In this document: piece by piece, positions 49,095-59,795 of the stretch
Layout: every line of letters starts with the position of its first letter
Numbering within the stretch: the first letter of the stretch is position 1
IMG/VR virus record: IMGVR_UViG_3300017774_006254
Location: 97,503 to 161,502 of that record
Direction: 5' to 3' (one strand)
DNA length: 64,000 nt
Origin: a virus
Program-made: the position numbers and the translations under genes
Notes under the pieces: model-generated
What the model was told of the DNA's origin: nothing
What the model saw: only the letters and a program-made list of their open reading frames with translations
Database searches by the model: none

Positions 49095-50461
49095 CTAGAG
49101 AAGTCCGTTCAGCGTGCTGACAAGCGCGGTCGCGTCGTCAGTTTGTGATGGCCACTTGAACTCACCTGGCCGGTGCCAGACCCGATGAGCAACTAGCACC
49201 GTTGTGCACTCAATGGGGATGAGTTCTTCGCCGTAACCTTCATTTTCGTTCTCGCTCTCACGCTGAACAGCGAACAGCGCGCCGTCTGAGAGACGCTTGA
49301 AGATCATCAACCATCGACCGCCGTTGGCGGTGTAGGTCTTCTGTGTTTGCTCAACGACTTGCTCGAAGTCTGGATCATCTCCGTAGCAAATTTTACGGGA
49401 CTTACTCTCGCTGATCTTGATTGGTTCCACGGTGTTCCTAGCTTGTGGTTGTAGCAGTGGCGTCCTGCGAGACTTTCTCTCGAAGGGATTCGCTCTTGGG
49501 GCGGAGTTCAAATGTCTCGCCGATGCTCAGTGCGTCGAAGGTGTCCTTCTTTCTTGTGAGCACCTGGAGAACTTGGGCGGTTGCCAACTGCTTGGCGCCC
49601 CACCCGCGTGGCCACTTCACGAACGCGCCGTCAGCGAAGCGAACTTGTCTCCAGCGTATGGCGAGTGACGAGCCGTTGCGCTTCGCTCGGCGAATGCGAA
49701 CGGAGTAGCCGCTCTTGTCCCTCGTGAACGCTTCGATGACAATTCTCTCTGAGACGATGTGAATCTTCATAACGTTGCCTCGCTTTGCGTTGGTTCTGGA
49801 CAGAATTTGTCCACGCAGTTGATGAGGGAGTTCATCGCGAACCACGCCTTCTTGTCCACGATGTCGAGCAGTTGACCTGCGTACCACTCCACAGTCATGT
49901 CTGGCGTCAGCCTACTGCGGCCCTCAATCAGCGGGGGCTCGGTCCCGACGTGGCATCCTGGGGCAAGTCCGCGCTCGGCGAGTGCTGAGCGAAGTGGTGC
50001 GACGGTCTCTTCGATACCGTCAGGTCCACCGCGCTCTACGGTGAGAACGGTGCTTCGGGTCAGCGCTCTGAGTTCTTCGATCGTCTTCATGGTTTTGGCC
50101 GGTGGCGGCTGGGACGCGGACGCGCCGTCGAGTTGTTCGAGGCAGATGGCGAGCGCGTCGGTGTCCGCCTGGAACTCGTCAGCCATGAGCCCGCCGAACG
50201 TCTTCACGCGGTACTCCGCATCGCTGTGCATCTTTCGCAGTCGTTCAATGGCGTCGGGGAGATTCACTTGAGCGCCCCTGTGCCAATGGTTGCAGTCTCG
50301 CTGGGCGCAGTTTCGGGCGACACCTTGACGCGAGGTCTTCCGAAAAGTTCGCCCCACTGTGGCGAGTCCGGGCCGTCCTCGGGACGTACTAGCTCCTCGT
50401 CCCCAGGCTGCGTGGGCAGATCCTTCGATGCGATGTTCGTTGGCACTTCATGCGTCTTCAT
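49095..50461 (-). CDS. Four hypothetical ORFs (49095-~49420, 49438-49770, 49767-~50267, 50264-50461)
   Basis: Consecutive - strand ORFs. Confidence 0.5.
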
Positions 50462-50475
50462 AGTTCTCCTGTTTG

Positions 50476-50928
50476 TCAGCGTGCCCTTCGCAGCCAGTCG
50501 TTGAACGACGGGTTACTAAGGGCGTAGAGCCTCTTGGTTTGGATGTTCGAGATGGTCGCTTCCACATCTGCGCCAAGGGTGATGAGGCTTTCGGCGAGGA
50601 CGAGGCCAGATCGATTGCGACCAGCGGCGCACGTCACAAGAACAGTCTTGCCGTCCTTCAAGGCTTCGACAACAAGGCCGACCGCGCGAAGCACCTCGGG
50701 TATCTGCGGCTCGATGTAGTCGTCGTTGAGACGAGCGTGCACCACACTGTGGTACTTGCTGATGGGCTTGAAGCGGGACTTGTCGAGGACGCTTTCTCCG
50801 TCAGGCGCAAGCTCCCACGCGACGTTCATCTTGAAGTCGAACTGATCGAGTTCTTCCCCGTAAGCGAGAAGGCCTCCGATCGCAACACCTGCCTCGATGA
50901 GCGTGTACGGCGCTGTTGAGCGGCTCAT
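50476..50928 (-). CDS. Dual-specificity/tyrosine protein phosphatase #2
   Basis: VLVTCAAGRNRSG (CX5R), LNDD acidic loop, LSNPSF. Confidence 0.85.
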   Translation of the reverse strand: MSRSTAPYTLIEAGVAIGGLLAYGEELDQFDFKMNVAWELAPDGESVLDKSRFKPISKYHSVVHARLNDDYIEPQIPEVLRAVGLVVEALKDGKTVLVTCAAGRNRSGLVLAESLITLGADVEATISNIQTKRLYALSNPSFNDWLRRAR

Positions 50929-53900
50929 GACGATTTCTCGCACTGACAGGCCTTCTCTTTGAGCCGCGCCTGCCCGACGTATGCAGTACCGCACGCTCGG
51001 CACGACGGTTCCCCACCGATCTCGCACTTCACTTCGTATCCGTACAGCAGCCAAGGGCAGACAATCTTCCCAGCCAGGCACGCCTGATGCTCTTCGGTGT
51101 AGCGAGAACCGACGACCTCGATTGGCCCAGTCTCATCATAGTCTGGTTCTCGAAGTACCGACACCTTCCACTCATGTTTGACGCAGAATGCGTGAAGATT
51201 CACTGCCATCTGCGTCCAGAAGTCTGAAGCCTCGTATCCGCCCCAGATCATCTTCAGGTGCACAGCAAGGCTTCTCTCGGTCATCTCGACGACCTTGGCC
51301 CACTTGTGCCAGGGCCCTGTGCCCAGCTCGAATGCCTCGCGGGGTACGCCTGCATTGGCAACTACGTAGTAGTACGTTCCCATCACTCCTCCTTCTCTTT
51401 CAGAAGCGCAGACAATCGCTGGATGACAACCCACGCAAAGATCATGTTCTGCGAGATGACACGTCCATCAGGAAGCATCTCGCTGTCGCCTGTGACGTTG
51501 TAGACCTCGGTTCGGAAGTCTCCGACGTCGTGGTCTGTCCCACGCTCTTTGGCGTCAGAGAGAATCTCTTTCAGCTCCACCAATTCACGGCGAGCTTTGT
51601 CGGGTTCGCGCATGCTGTCGGGATCGTGCTCTCCTCCGGGCACGCACTCGGCAATGTACGATTCGAGTTCTTCGCAGAAGCGGTCGATGCTCGGATTCCA
51701 GATGATCGCGTCAGCGCCACTGCCCATAGCGGTGCGCACTTTTTCCATGAAGTAACCGTCATCAGGGCGCGCACGGTTCATCCAGTGCACAGTGCTAGCG
51801 GGGCTCGTAGCGTCACGGTAGTGGCCGAAGAGAACTGGGTCTCCACCGTCTCCGTGGACCAAGAGCGTTCCCCTGGCGAGCACGGCGACTTCGGCCCAGT
51901 AGTTGTTCGTTCCGGGCTTCTTGATGAGCCAACGATCGCATTGGTTCGCAAGGTGATGCACGGGCGGTGCATGCGGCACGATCTGATGCTCGGCGTACCA
52001 GCTGGTCGCGCGTTCGACCGCGGCCTTTGTCTCCTCTTCTGTCTTGGTCTTCGTTCGCTCAGTCATCCGTCGAAAGTAGTTCTCGCGCCACTCTCCGTCA
52101 ACTACTTTCGACAGACCGCTAGCGCTACACGATCGTCTCTACAGCCGCTAGACTGTCTGGCCGCTCGCGTCGAAGGCGCGCAACAAATTCGGCTCTGGCT
52201 TGGGCACGACCAGAGAGCGAATGCGCTTCTTTCTTGGTGGCCGCCAGCACAACGATTGCCAGCGCGGCGGGACCTTTGCTGAAGTGCGCGGGCTGATCGA
52301 AAACCAAATTGATCTCGGCCCAGCGCTCTGCTCCGATGCTCTCGTCTAAGCACTTGGCGAGAGCGGCCGTGCTTTTGACGGGGTCCTCCTCGTACTTCTC
52401 CCACGCGGCCATCCAAGCCTGCACTACGGTGTCTGGGATGTGCGATAGGCGACTTCGCGAAACGGTCCGTGTTGTCGTGGCCTCCTTGTTGCCGGAAGCG
52501 ATGCCGAGAATCGTGTCCCGCAGCGAATGTCGAACAAGAGCGGTGTTCTTCTCGAAGTCCACTTCAAGGACTTCCACTTCCACGGGCGGCGCCTGAAGGA
52601 AGCTGAGCAGGGCGGTCGGGGCGAGTAGCATCTTCTTCATTGTTATCAGTTCCTTGCATTGGTCCGCACTGACAGCACACCTGCCCCTCTTCCTTTACGA
52701 AGCGGGCAAGTATGTGAGCGCCGCATTCGGCGCAGCGGTATCGGAGAGAGCGACTACTGCTTTTGAAGTGGAACACAAAGTTGGCAACGAGGACCATAGT
52801 GCGCCCTAGGTCTGTGATCGGGTACTCGATGTCAGACAGTCGTTGCAGGGCTCGCTCGCATGGGGCCAGCGCTTCGTAGTCTGGAGTTACAAAGATGTTC
52901 CCTGTTATAGTGAGCATCAGAGGTTCCTCAACTCTGTGAGCTTCTGAACAAGTTCTTCTTGTACGAAGTCGGCCAGTAGTCCGGCCTGGTGGAACATGTC
53001 CATGAGTCGAGCGAGTTCAGGAATGACCTTCTTCAGGTGCTCGGCTCGTAGCCGTTTTCTATCTGAGTTCTTGTTGGGTTCCGGGTAGTCAGTTTTCGGG
53101 TAGTCAGTTCTGCGCAGGTCACCCGAGGCTCTCAGTTTGACGAAGGCGTGCCAGTCGTGCTCCTGACCGCAAAAGTGACACTCCGTCGGAAGCAACCGGT
53201 AGTCGCATCACAGAAAGCGAAGTCGCTCACCATCCATATGGAATTCCTCGTCGTCAGAAGAACGAGACCATCCTCGCTCGCGAGCCATTCGTCGCAACGA
53301 GCACACAGCACTCTTGACCCACTCGCTGCCGACAGGTGACCCGAAGCTGAAACGCCTTCTAGTATTGGCGGAAGAGCGCTGGCAAGTTGCACGCGCCGTT
53401 GCACGGGTTGCCACCGAGCGTCACTCATGGCTTCAGCGGTTCAGTCATCGCGACGCGAATGTGCTGTGCCCGTGCCGCAACCTTGCCGATGCGATCGAGA
53501 ATGGACTTCGCTACTACCGTTGGCGCGGCGAGAACTTTCTCAGCCTGCGCTTCACACCATTCAGCGCGTTCGAAGGCGCCGAGACGGACAGCTGTTTCGG
53601 CGCGTTCTATTTCGCGAGCGTATGCGCGACGGAAGACCTCCGCCACTGACTCATAGGCTGCGTTTTTGACGCGGGTCTCCAGTACCTTTTGCAGCGTGGG
53701 GGGCGGGTGCATGAAGATCATGCTGTTCGGAGTGAGGTGCTCCAGTAGCTTTTTCCGCAGTGCCTCTGTGCCTAGGCGAGCAACGAATTTTTCACGCACA
53801 TCAGGTAGTTCGTCGATGATCCGCTCAAGTACGAGCATCGACGCGCGTTCTACTGATTTCGCGTGTCTCCGTTGAACGACCTCCTCTGCGCCAAGGATGT

Positions 53901-54075
53901 TGCCCAGGCCAGGTCGCTCGCGAAAGCCACCCTTGCCATCTGAAAACGGACCATCTGCCACGGAGAGTTCGTCGAGAACTTCGGTGACCGTGGCGACGGC
54001 ACTGCCAAAGATACCCCCCGTTGGCCACCCTGCCGACTCGGCATCGGCATCCGCTCCTCCCCAGTAGGAGTTCAT
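50925..54075 (-). CDS. Run of hypothetical ORFs (50925-51383, 51383-52066, 52125-52640, 52564-52917, 52917-53195, 53132-53428, 53425-54075)
   Basis: Coupled ORFs, several with CxxC pairs. Confidence 0.55.
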
Positions 54076-54959
54076 TCCACGGCTCCAAACAACGTGTAGA
54101 GCACGCGATGGTCCTCGTTGTACTTGTTGCCAAGCGTCTTCTCCAAGGCCTTCTCCATGTCGCGCCGGGTCTTGCAGTCCTTGAGCGGTCCTTCGAGGCT
54201 CGGCATCGCGCCTACGAGAGCTTTGACGCCCTCGGGGACCGTCAGCTTCGGCCGGTTCTTCCACATCTCATGGAACGAGAGGCGCGAGCGGATGCTGCCT
54301 TCGATCTCTCGGAGGTGTGAGATGCATTTGGCCTCAGCCTTGCTCAGATCGACGTCCCAGGCGCTTGCGAAGAAGTTGGAGGGACTGGACAGGGGCCTTT
54401 CCTGGTCGCCGATGCTGACGGTCCAGCGCATGGTCCCGTAGACCCCGTTCCACGTTACGGTCGGACTGTTGGACAGTGACGACTTGTACCTGAAGAACGG
54501 CACCCAGATCTGTTCGATCTCCAGAGACAGCTCTGCGCCCATGACGATTAGCCTCTCAGGCATGGAAGCTCGAACCAGCTTCCGGTTGTAGTCGTGAAAG
54601 CGACTGGACTCGTGAAGCACGGCGCCCAGGGATCCCCACGACGCGTAGATGCCTTCTTCAGCGCTGAACAAGGTGCCCGAGTATTCGTCCGCGACGAAGC
54701 CGACGACGTGGTGCATAGCGAACGAGTAGTCTTCTCGATAGACCTCTCGCAGCTTGGAGATCGTGATTCCCGTCTCCTCGCGCACCTCTCGAATACATGC
54801 CTCCTCTGCGGACTCTCCAGGCTTGGCTTTCCCACCAGGGAAGCTGAGGCCTTCGAGGTTGCCGCGTCGAGTGACAGTCAGAACTTGGCCCTCTTTGTTC
54901 ACGACAAGGGCAAAGGCGGCGAGCGGCCAGTTGAACTTGCTGTTCTCGGTCTCGGTCAT
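54072..54959 (-). CDS. NUDIX hydrolase with C-terminal extension
   Basis: GGKAKPGESAEEACIREVREETG Nudix box. Confidence 0.9.
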   Translation of the reverse strand: MTETENSKFNWPLAAFALVVNKEGQVLTVTRRGNLEGLSFPGGKAKPGESAEEACIREVREETGITISKLREVYREDYSFAMHHVVGFVADEYSGTLFSAEEGIYASWGSLGAVLHESSRFHDYNRKLVRASMPERLIVMGAELSLEIEQIWVPFFRYKSSLSNSPTVTWNGVYGTMRWTVSIGDQERPLSSPSNFFASAWDVDLSKAEAKCISHLREIEGSIRSRLSFHEMWKNRPKLTVPEGVKALVGAMPSLEGPLKDCKTRRDMEKALEKTLGNKYNEDHRVLYTLFGAVE

Positions 54960-55282
54960 TGAATTCTCTCCCAAGAGCGACTGTCGTAGCTCTTTCGTTG
55001 TTCGTAGGTGCCAGGCTCGAACTTCCCCACCGCGAGGCAGATCTGAAGCGCTGTTGCTGTCGCGCGGTGCAGGCGCATGGCGCGCTGCTGCATCTCTTCG
55101 GGGATCTCGCCTTGGTGGCCTTGTTCAATCCATCCAAGGATGGTTGCCACGTCGCGCTCGATGTCCTTGTTCCCGTATGGACGTTTCTGATCGACGACTG
55201 GCGCTCCAGTCTCTGAGCTGTAGACATACATGCTCTTCAGGAGGCGCAAGTGGTCCTCTGTTACCCGGACTTCATAGGACAT
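54956..55282 (-). CDS. Hypothetical protein (paralog of the C-terminal half of 56366-56941)
   Basis: HLRLL..P.VD.KRPYGN.D...LH....ALQICL..G.F..G.Y shared. Confidence 0.7.
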   Translation of the reverse strand: MSYEVRVTEDHLRLLKSMYVYSSETGAPVVDQKRPYGNKDIERDVATILGWIEQGHQGEIPEEMQQRAMRLHRATATALQICLAVGKFEPGTYEQRKSYDSRSWERIQ

Positions 55283-56390
55283 GTCTTCTCTCCTTGGATG
55301 CACGCGCTCGGCGTGCCTTGCGGTTCTCTTTACGTGGCTCCGGCGGCGGCATCTCGGAGAGCAGGCTGCTCCTGCCTTGGGGGTAGTTGCTGCTCGGGTC
55401 CCATTCGAGCGTGTCGTACTGGGGTGCGTGATGCCGAACCTTCAGAAGCACCTTGCCGTTGGCGTCGCACAGCACTTCTTCAGCGACGACGTCGTCCTGA
55501 GGGATCACCGTGTCGCCCCTTCACACGTCGAGATGGGTATGAGGGTTCTGCCGACAGGCATGAGTTGTGTGCGCAGCACGCCACCTCGTTGCACGCAGGT
55601 GTCGAGTTCACGCTGGCGCGCTGGCGCTGTCGCCATTGACCAGCATACGAGGGCCATAATCGCTGCCCAGCCAGCGACGAACATCGCGAGCTTCCAGTTG
55701 ATCGGAGCGCGTGATCTCTCCCTTCGCACTGGTGAGGGGGGCTTTGCTGAAGTTCTGTAGGTCATGTTGACTCCTTAGTTGACGAGGCCGCCGTCATGGG
55801 GTCGCGTCCCGGGCCTGCTGCCACTCCTTGAACTCATCCCACAGGGCTTCCGGCGTCGTCCCCAGGCGCGCCGCGTCGTCGATGATGTACTGCGGCCAGG
55901 GCGACACGGCTTCCAGCTTCGCGGCAACAGTGGCGAGCGCTTGATCGATGTGGTCGCATGCGTCCGAAGGGAAGTAGCAGACATGGCTGATGTAGCCGAG
56001 CAGCGCCAAAATGGATGGCGTCATCACGCCGTCCGCCGATACGTCCTCATCCCTGCCGAGGACGACAGGTATCTCGCGCCCGTCAGCCCAGTCTCTGCTG
56101 ATGCGCAAGCACCCGTTGTCCTGGAGCTTAAACGAGTACATCTGATGAACGGCGCCTTGCAGGACCGCTTTTGCATTGAGACTGAAGACTACTTTTGGCT
56201 CCGGAACCTCGGAGGCAGCCAGCTCTTCGAGCGGGCGAATCCCGTGCCCTTCCCAATTGTCGAATAGCACGGTTGCTACCCCGTCCGTGATTCTCTTGAC
56301 CGTTCCGCAGAACGTTGGGACTCCGGCCACGCATACGCGCGAGCCCTCTTTGATCTCGGCGTCGCTCACAGGACACGTTCCCAGGTACCG
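55272..56390 (-). CDS. Hypothetical ORFs (55272-55508; 55505-55765 with TM; 55794-~56390)
   Basis: Consecutive - strand ORFs. Confidence 0.5.
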
Positions 56391-56941
56391 GAGCCCTGCT
56401 TGCTGAGCACGTACGTTCCACGACCGAACGAGCCCGCGCTCAGGCAAACCTGAAGAGCCATGAGCATAGTAAGGTGAAGCGCCTTCGCGTCGGCATCACT
56501 CATCGCGCTGTGATGCGCCAGATCCTTGATGCTCTTGAGCACATCTCGATCGCCGTACGGCGCCTTCATGTCGAGCGAAGGCGCGCCGTGTTCCCAGGGA
56601 GCGGATGGGTCTGAGAAGGCATTGTGCTCGGCATCGCCCCAGTGTCCCCAGTCAATGCGCATGTTCCGAAGGAGCGCCACGTGCGACGCCGTCATCTGGA
56701 ACTCATAACGATCAGCGTATTCAAGCTGACCGTGCGCTGTCACCGCGAGAGGTTCTTCGGAGCGTCGAATCATCTGCGAGATGTCTTGGAGTCGGTCCAA
56801 ACGAAGGCGGCACTTTTCGAACGACCGAAAGGTTTCCTGCTTGATCTCGGAGAGCCTTCCTCTCACAGACAACCACTCTGGCTTGTCGCCGGTGGTGCGT
56901 ACGAACGACTCAAGTGCGTCGATGGCTTTGTCGATGTCCAT
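56366..56941 (-). CDS. Hypothetical protein (paralog of 54956-55282)
   Basis: HVALL..PSLDMKAPYGDRD..LH...ALQVCL..GSF..GTY. Confidence 0.7.
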   Translation of the reverse strand: MDIDKAIDALESFVRTTGDKPEWLSVRGRLSEIKQETFRSFEKCRLRLDRLQDISQMIRRSEEPLAVTAHGQLEYADRYEFQMTASHVALLRNMRIDWGHWGDAEHNAFSDPSAPWEHGAPSLDMKAPYGDRDVLKSIKDLAHHSAMSDADAKALHLTMLMALQVCLSAGSFGRGTYVLSKQGSGTWERVL

Positions 56942-57252
56942 GCGCCGAAAGTACAGCGCGTCAGACAGCTAGTCAACAATCTTTCTACACACCCGTGTCG
57001 CGACGTCGGCGAAGAACGCGGTGCGCTCTGGGAATGAGCGGGCGCAGTCCTCGGGGTCCATTGCCTGGTCATGGCAGACTGGGCAGGACATGTCTGTCCA
57101 CGGACTGCTGGACTCGCGCTCGTCGGCGAGGTGAAGTAGTTCGTTGATCATCGCCTCGCGAGCTTCCTTGCGTCGCGCACCCTTCACGCGAGAGCGAAGC
57201 TGGCGGCCCGTGTGAACGCACTTGAGATGCTTTGAAGGAAGATGCTTCATGG

Positions 57253-58296
57253 TCAGCGCCAGCGAGATGGTCGAGTCCTGTACCCTTCGACGCGTTTCCT
57301 GTCAGCCGCACTTGGGATGCGAGGAGGCTCTTTGCAGCCTCTGCATCGAAGCGAGCTGAGCTGAGTTGCTTTCTTGACCGTCATGCGAAACGCCGTGCCA
57401 CAGCACAGGACGTCAATCGTGTCCGCGCGTGTCCTCTTGAGCCCTTCTCGCGACACGGTGTGGTAGGCGGAAGGCTGGCGAATGCCCATGGCACGCATCT
57501 GCTTCTTCCAGGCTTCGCCGTGCTGCACGCCGAAGGTGCGCCCTTGGAAGGCCTCTACGACCGCATGGGCCACCTCGTGGATCACGACCTCTGCGCGCTG
57601 CGTAGGCGTTGCGCGCTCCCAGAGCGGTCGCGAGTAGCTGATCGTTCTGCTGCGGTAGTTCACCTTGCCCATGGCTGAGGTTTGGGCATCGCTGAACTTC
57701 ACAGCGTACGCCCGAGGGACCATCCAGCGTCGAAGTAGACGCTGCGTGTCTGCGATCGCCGTCGCCTCGCTACTCTTGGCTGGTTTCCTCGCAACGCCAC
57801 TGGACACTCGACGCACAGGCTTCCTGGAGGACGTTTTCTTCTTGGACGTCTTTCGAGGAGAGGCCTTGCGAGACGGTTTCTTGCGTCGCGAAGTCCGGCG
57901 TCCATTCCAGAGCATGCGCCCGGTGCGACGGCGTACGATTCTTGGGTTGATCAGTTCGACATCGGAGAACCATACGGCTTCGTGCCCTTCGGGACCTCGA
58001 CGATCGTCGGGCTCTCTCGCGTCGAACTCGATGAGCACGTTCTCTTCTTCCGGGAATGCACCGAAGTAGACAGAATGCTTGCTGTCCGCCCAGTCCATCG
58101 CCTGGTCACCGATAGTTGCTGACCTGGTGTCGCCTGCAAACACAGCGGGTCTCCCCTTGTACTTGTACGCGGGACGAGCCAGTAGCTTTCCCGATTCAAG
58201 AATCTGCTTCGCGAAGTCGCCGCGCGTTGCGTGGTAGTACGGGTTCCTGGCGACTCTTTTGCGCGACGTGCGACGCGGTTTCCTGGAAGTTCGCAT
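57253..58296 (-). CDS. Basic leader + putative ADP-ribosyltransferase-like domain + histone-like linker + SprT-like metalloprotease
   Basis: YYHAT..ILESG.L (ART-like); HEVAH...HGEAWK and C-terminal Cys cluster (SprT-like). Confidence 0.7.
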   Translation of the reverse strand: MRTSRKPRRTSRKRVARNPYYHATRGDFAKQILESGKLLARPAYKYKGRPAVFAGDTRSATIGDQAMDWADSKHSVYFGAFPEEENVLIEFDAREPDDRRGPEGHEAVWFSDVELINPRIVRRRTGRMLWNGRRTSRRKKPSRKASPRKTSKKKTSSRKPVRRVSSGVARKPAKSSEATAIADTQRLLRRWMVPRAYAVKFSDAQTSAMGKVNYRSRTISYSRPLWERATPTQRAEVVIHEVAHAVVEAFQGRTFGVQHGEAWKKQMRAMGIRQPSAYHTVSREGLKRTRADTIDVLCCGTAFRMTVKKATQLSSLRCRGCKEPPRIPSAADRKRVEGYRTRPSRWR

Positions 58297-58535
58297 GGCT
58301 TAGTCTGCATGCGCTAGCGTGTCGGTTCAAGGCCTTGGCAGGCACCCGCCTTGCGCGATACTGGCACATGCAGATGACGCGTTCTCTCTGGGCGAAGAGT
58401 GATGGCCAAGGCGACGCTGGCCTCGACCGAATCGTCATTCGCGATCTCACTCCAGCTGAAGCGGAGAGCGCGCGAAAGAAGGCGGATGAAGCGGTGCAGA
58501 CATCGAAGTTCGTGGAGTACCGCTTTAAGTAGCAG

Positions 58536-58988
58536 TCAGTCGACCTGACGCGCATGGAGGCCGTCGAAGTACGCCTTCATGTCTTCCCCGAGAGACGATG
58601 CTCCAAGTCGATCGAGAGCATCGAACGCCCGACCCATCTCAATGAACGCATCAAACTGAGCACGAGTGGGCTCAGCCTCAAGTTCAAGAATCTCGTTGGT
58701 GATTAGGTTCCGAGCGTCCTCTGACCGTGCCAGGAAACGGATGTCTCTTTGCCAGTCAGCGCGGTGCGGAGGAAACGTGTCGCAGAGCACCTGTAGTGCT
58801 TTTGCTTGCCTATGCGTCAGAACCTCGCCCGTAGAACCAAGAGTCTCCGTACGGAAAACCTCTTCCTTCGTCATTCGGGCTTGCGCAGCAAACTTCGCTC
58901 GCGACATCCGAAGGCGATGCCGGATGCTCATCAGCTCCAGACCTGTGATGCGGCCCATGCCCAGGTTGACCTTGGTGCTTACATACAT
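58536..58988 (-). CDS. XRE-like HTH protein
   Basis: ITGLELMSIRHRLRMSRAKFA..; paralog of the next gene. Confidence 0.65.
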   Translation of the reverse strand: MYVSTKVNLGMGRITGLELMSIRHRLRMSRAKFAAQARMTKEEVFRTETLGSTGEVLTHRQAKALQVLCDTFPPHRADWQRDIRFLARSEDARNLITNEILELEAEPTRAQFDAFIEMGRAFDALDRLGASSLGEDMKAYFDGLHARQVD

Positions 58989-58993
58989 GGCGG

Positions 58994-59452
58994 CTAGGAA
59001 ATGGGACGATGGAGGATGCCGTCCCAGAGCAGGCGCGCTGTGTCTGCTGAGGGCTCGAATGATGGTTCGAAGAGCCTGTTGAACGCGGAAAGCCTTTCCG
59101 CGGCCTCCTTGGCAATCGCTTGTTCGATCACAGCGCTGAATTGTGCGCTAGTCATGTCCTCGATGCCCATGACGGCCCGAACCCTGGCTTTCACGTCTTC
59201 GCTTAGGCCCATGAAGCGAATGTCGTACTCCCAGCTCCGATGCGACACGATGGCGGCCTTTCCACCAAGCGACTGGAGCACTCGAAGCGCCGCCGCCTGC
59301 CCTGGTTCAACCTCGATGCGGAGCGTGCCACGGCTCTCCCATCGATAGACAGTCTCGATGGACGTGTTGAGAAGTTCAGCGAATTGTCTCGGCGACATCT
59401 TCGCTCCAGTTCTGATTCTGATTGCGTCACTGCCAGTAATCGCGCTCATCAC
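58994..59452 (-). CDS. XRE-like HTH protein
   Basis: IRIRTGAKMSPRQFAELLNTSIETVYRWES. Confidence 0.75.
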   Translation of the reverse strand: MMSAITGSDAIRIRTGAKMSPRQFAELLNTSIETVYRWESRGTLRIEVEPGQAAALRVLQSLGGKAAIVSHRSWEYDIRFMGLSEDVKARVRAVMGIEDMTSAQFSAVIEQAIAKEAAERLSAFNRLFEPSFEPSADTARLLWDGILHRPIS

Positions 59453-59793
59453 ATGCTCATGGAAAGCGAAGCGTGAAGCCTCTTCGCGTCCGGCTTGGAA
59501 AGTTCTGCGTCAGCTCCGAACCGATCTTCGATGAAGCCGACGCATAGCCGCACGCACGCGTCGCAGATGGTCACACTCGGCCCCTGGATGATCATCTTCC
59601 GCTCGGCAGCAACGCCGCCACAGAAGGTGCATTGAGTCCTGGCGTGGGCTTCTTCCTTCGACATTCGCGTTCCGTGCCACTTGCAGTGCCTACAAGTGAC
59701 ATCTTCAAAGACTTCTGTCTTCCGGGAGCGAGAGCCGCCCAGGCCGCATGCGAGTTCTCCCTCGCGCAGGTAGTGGATGTACTTGCTGGTCAT
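59449..59793 (-). CDS. ClpX C4-type zinc-finger protein
   Basis: CTFCG......KMIIQGPSVTICDACVRLC. Confidence 0.75.
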   Translation of the reverse strand: MTSKYIHYLREGELACGLGGSRSRKTEVFEDVTCRHCKWHGTRMSKEEAHARTQCTFCGGVAAERKMIIQGPSVTICDACVRLCVGFIEDRFGADAELSKPDAKRLHASLSMSM

Positions 59794-59795
59794 GT

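Noticed and set aside
54956-55282. Member of the MSY virion-protein family
   Set aside because: Starts MSY but lacks the GxG motif, TM and basic tail; probably coincidental
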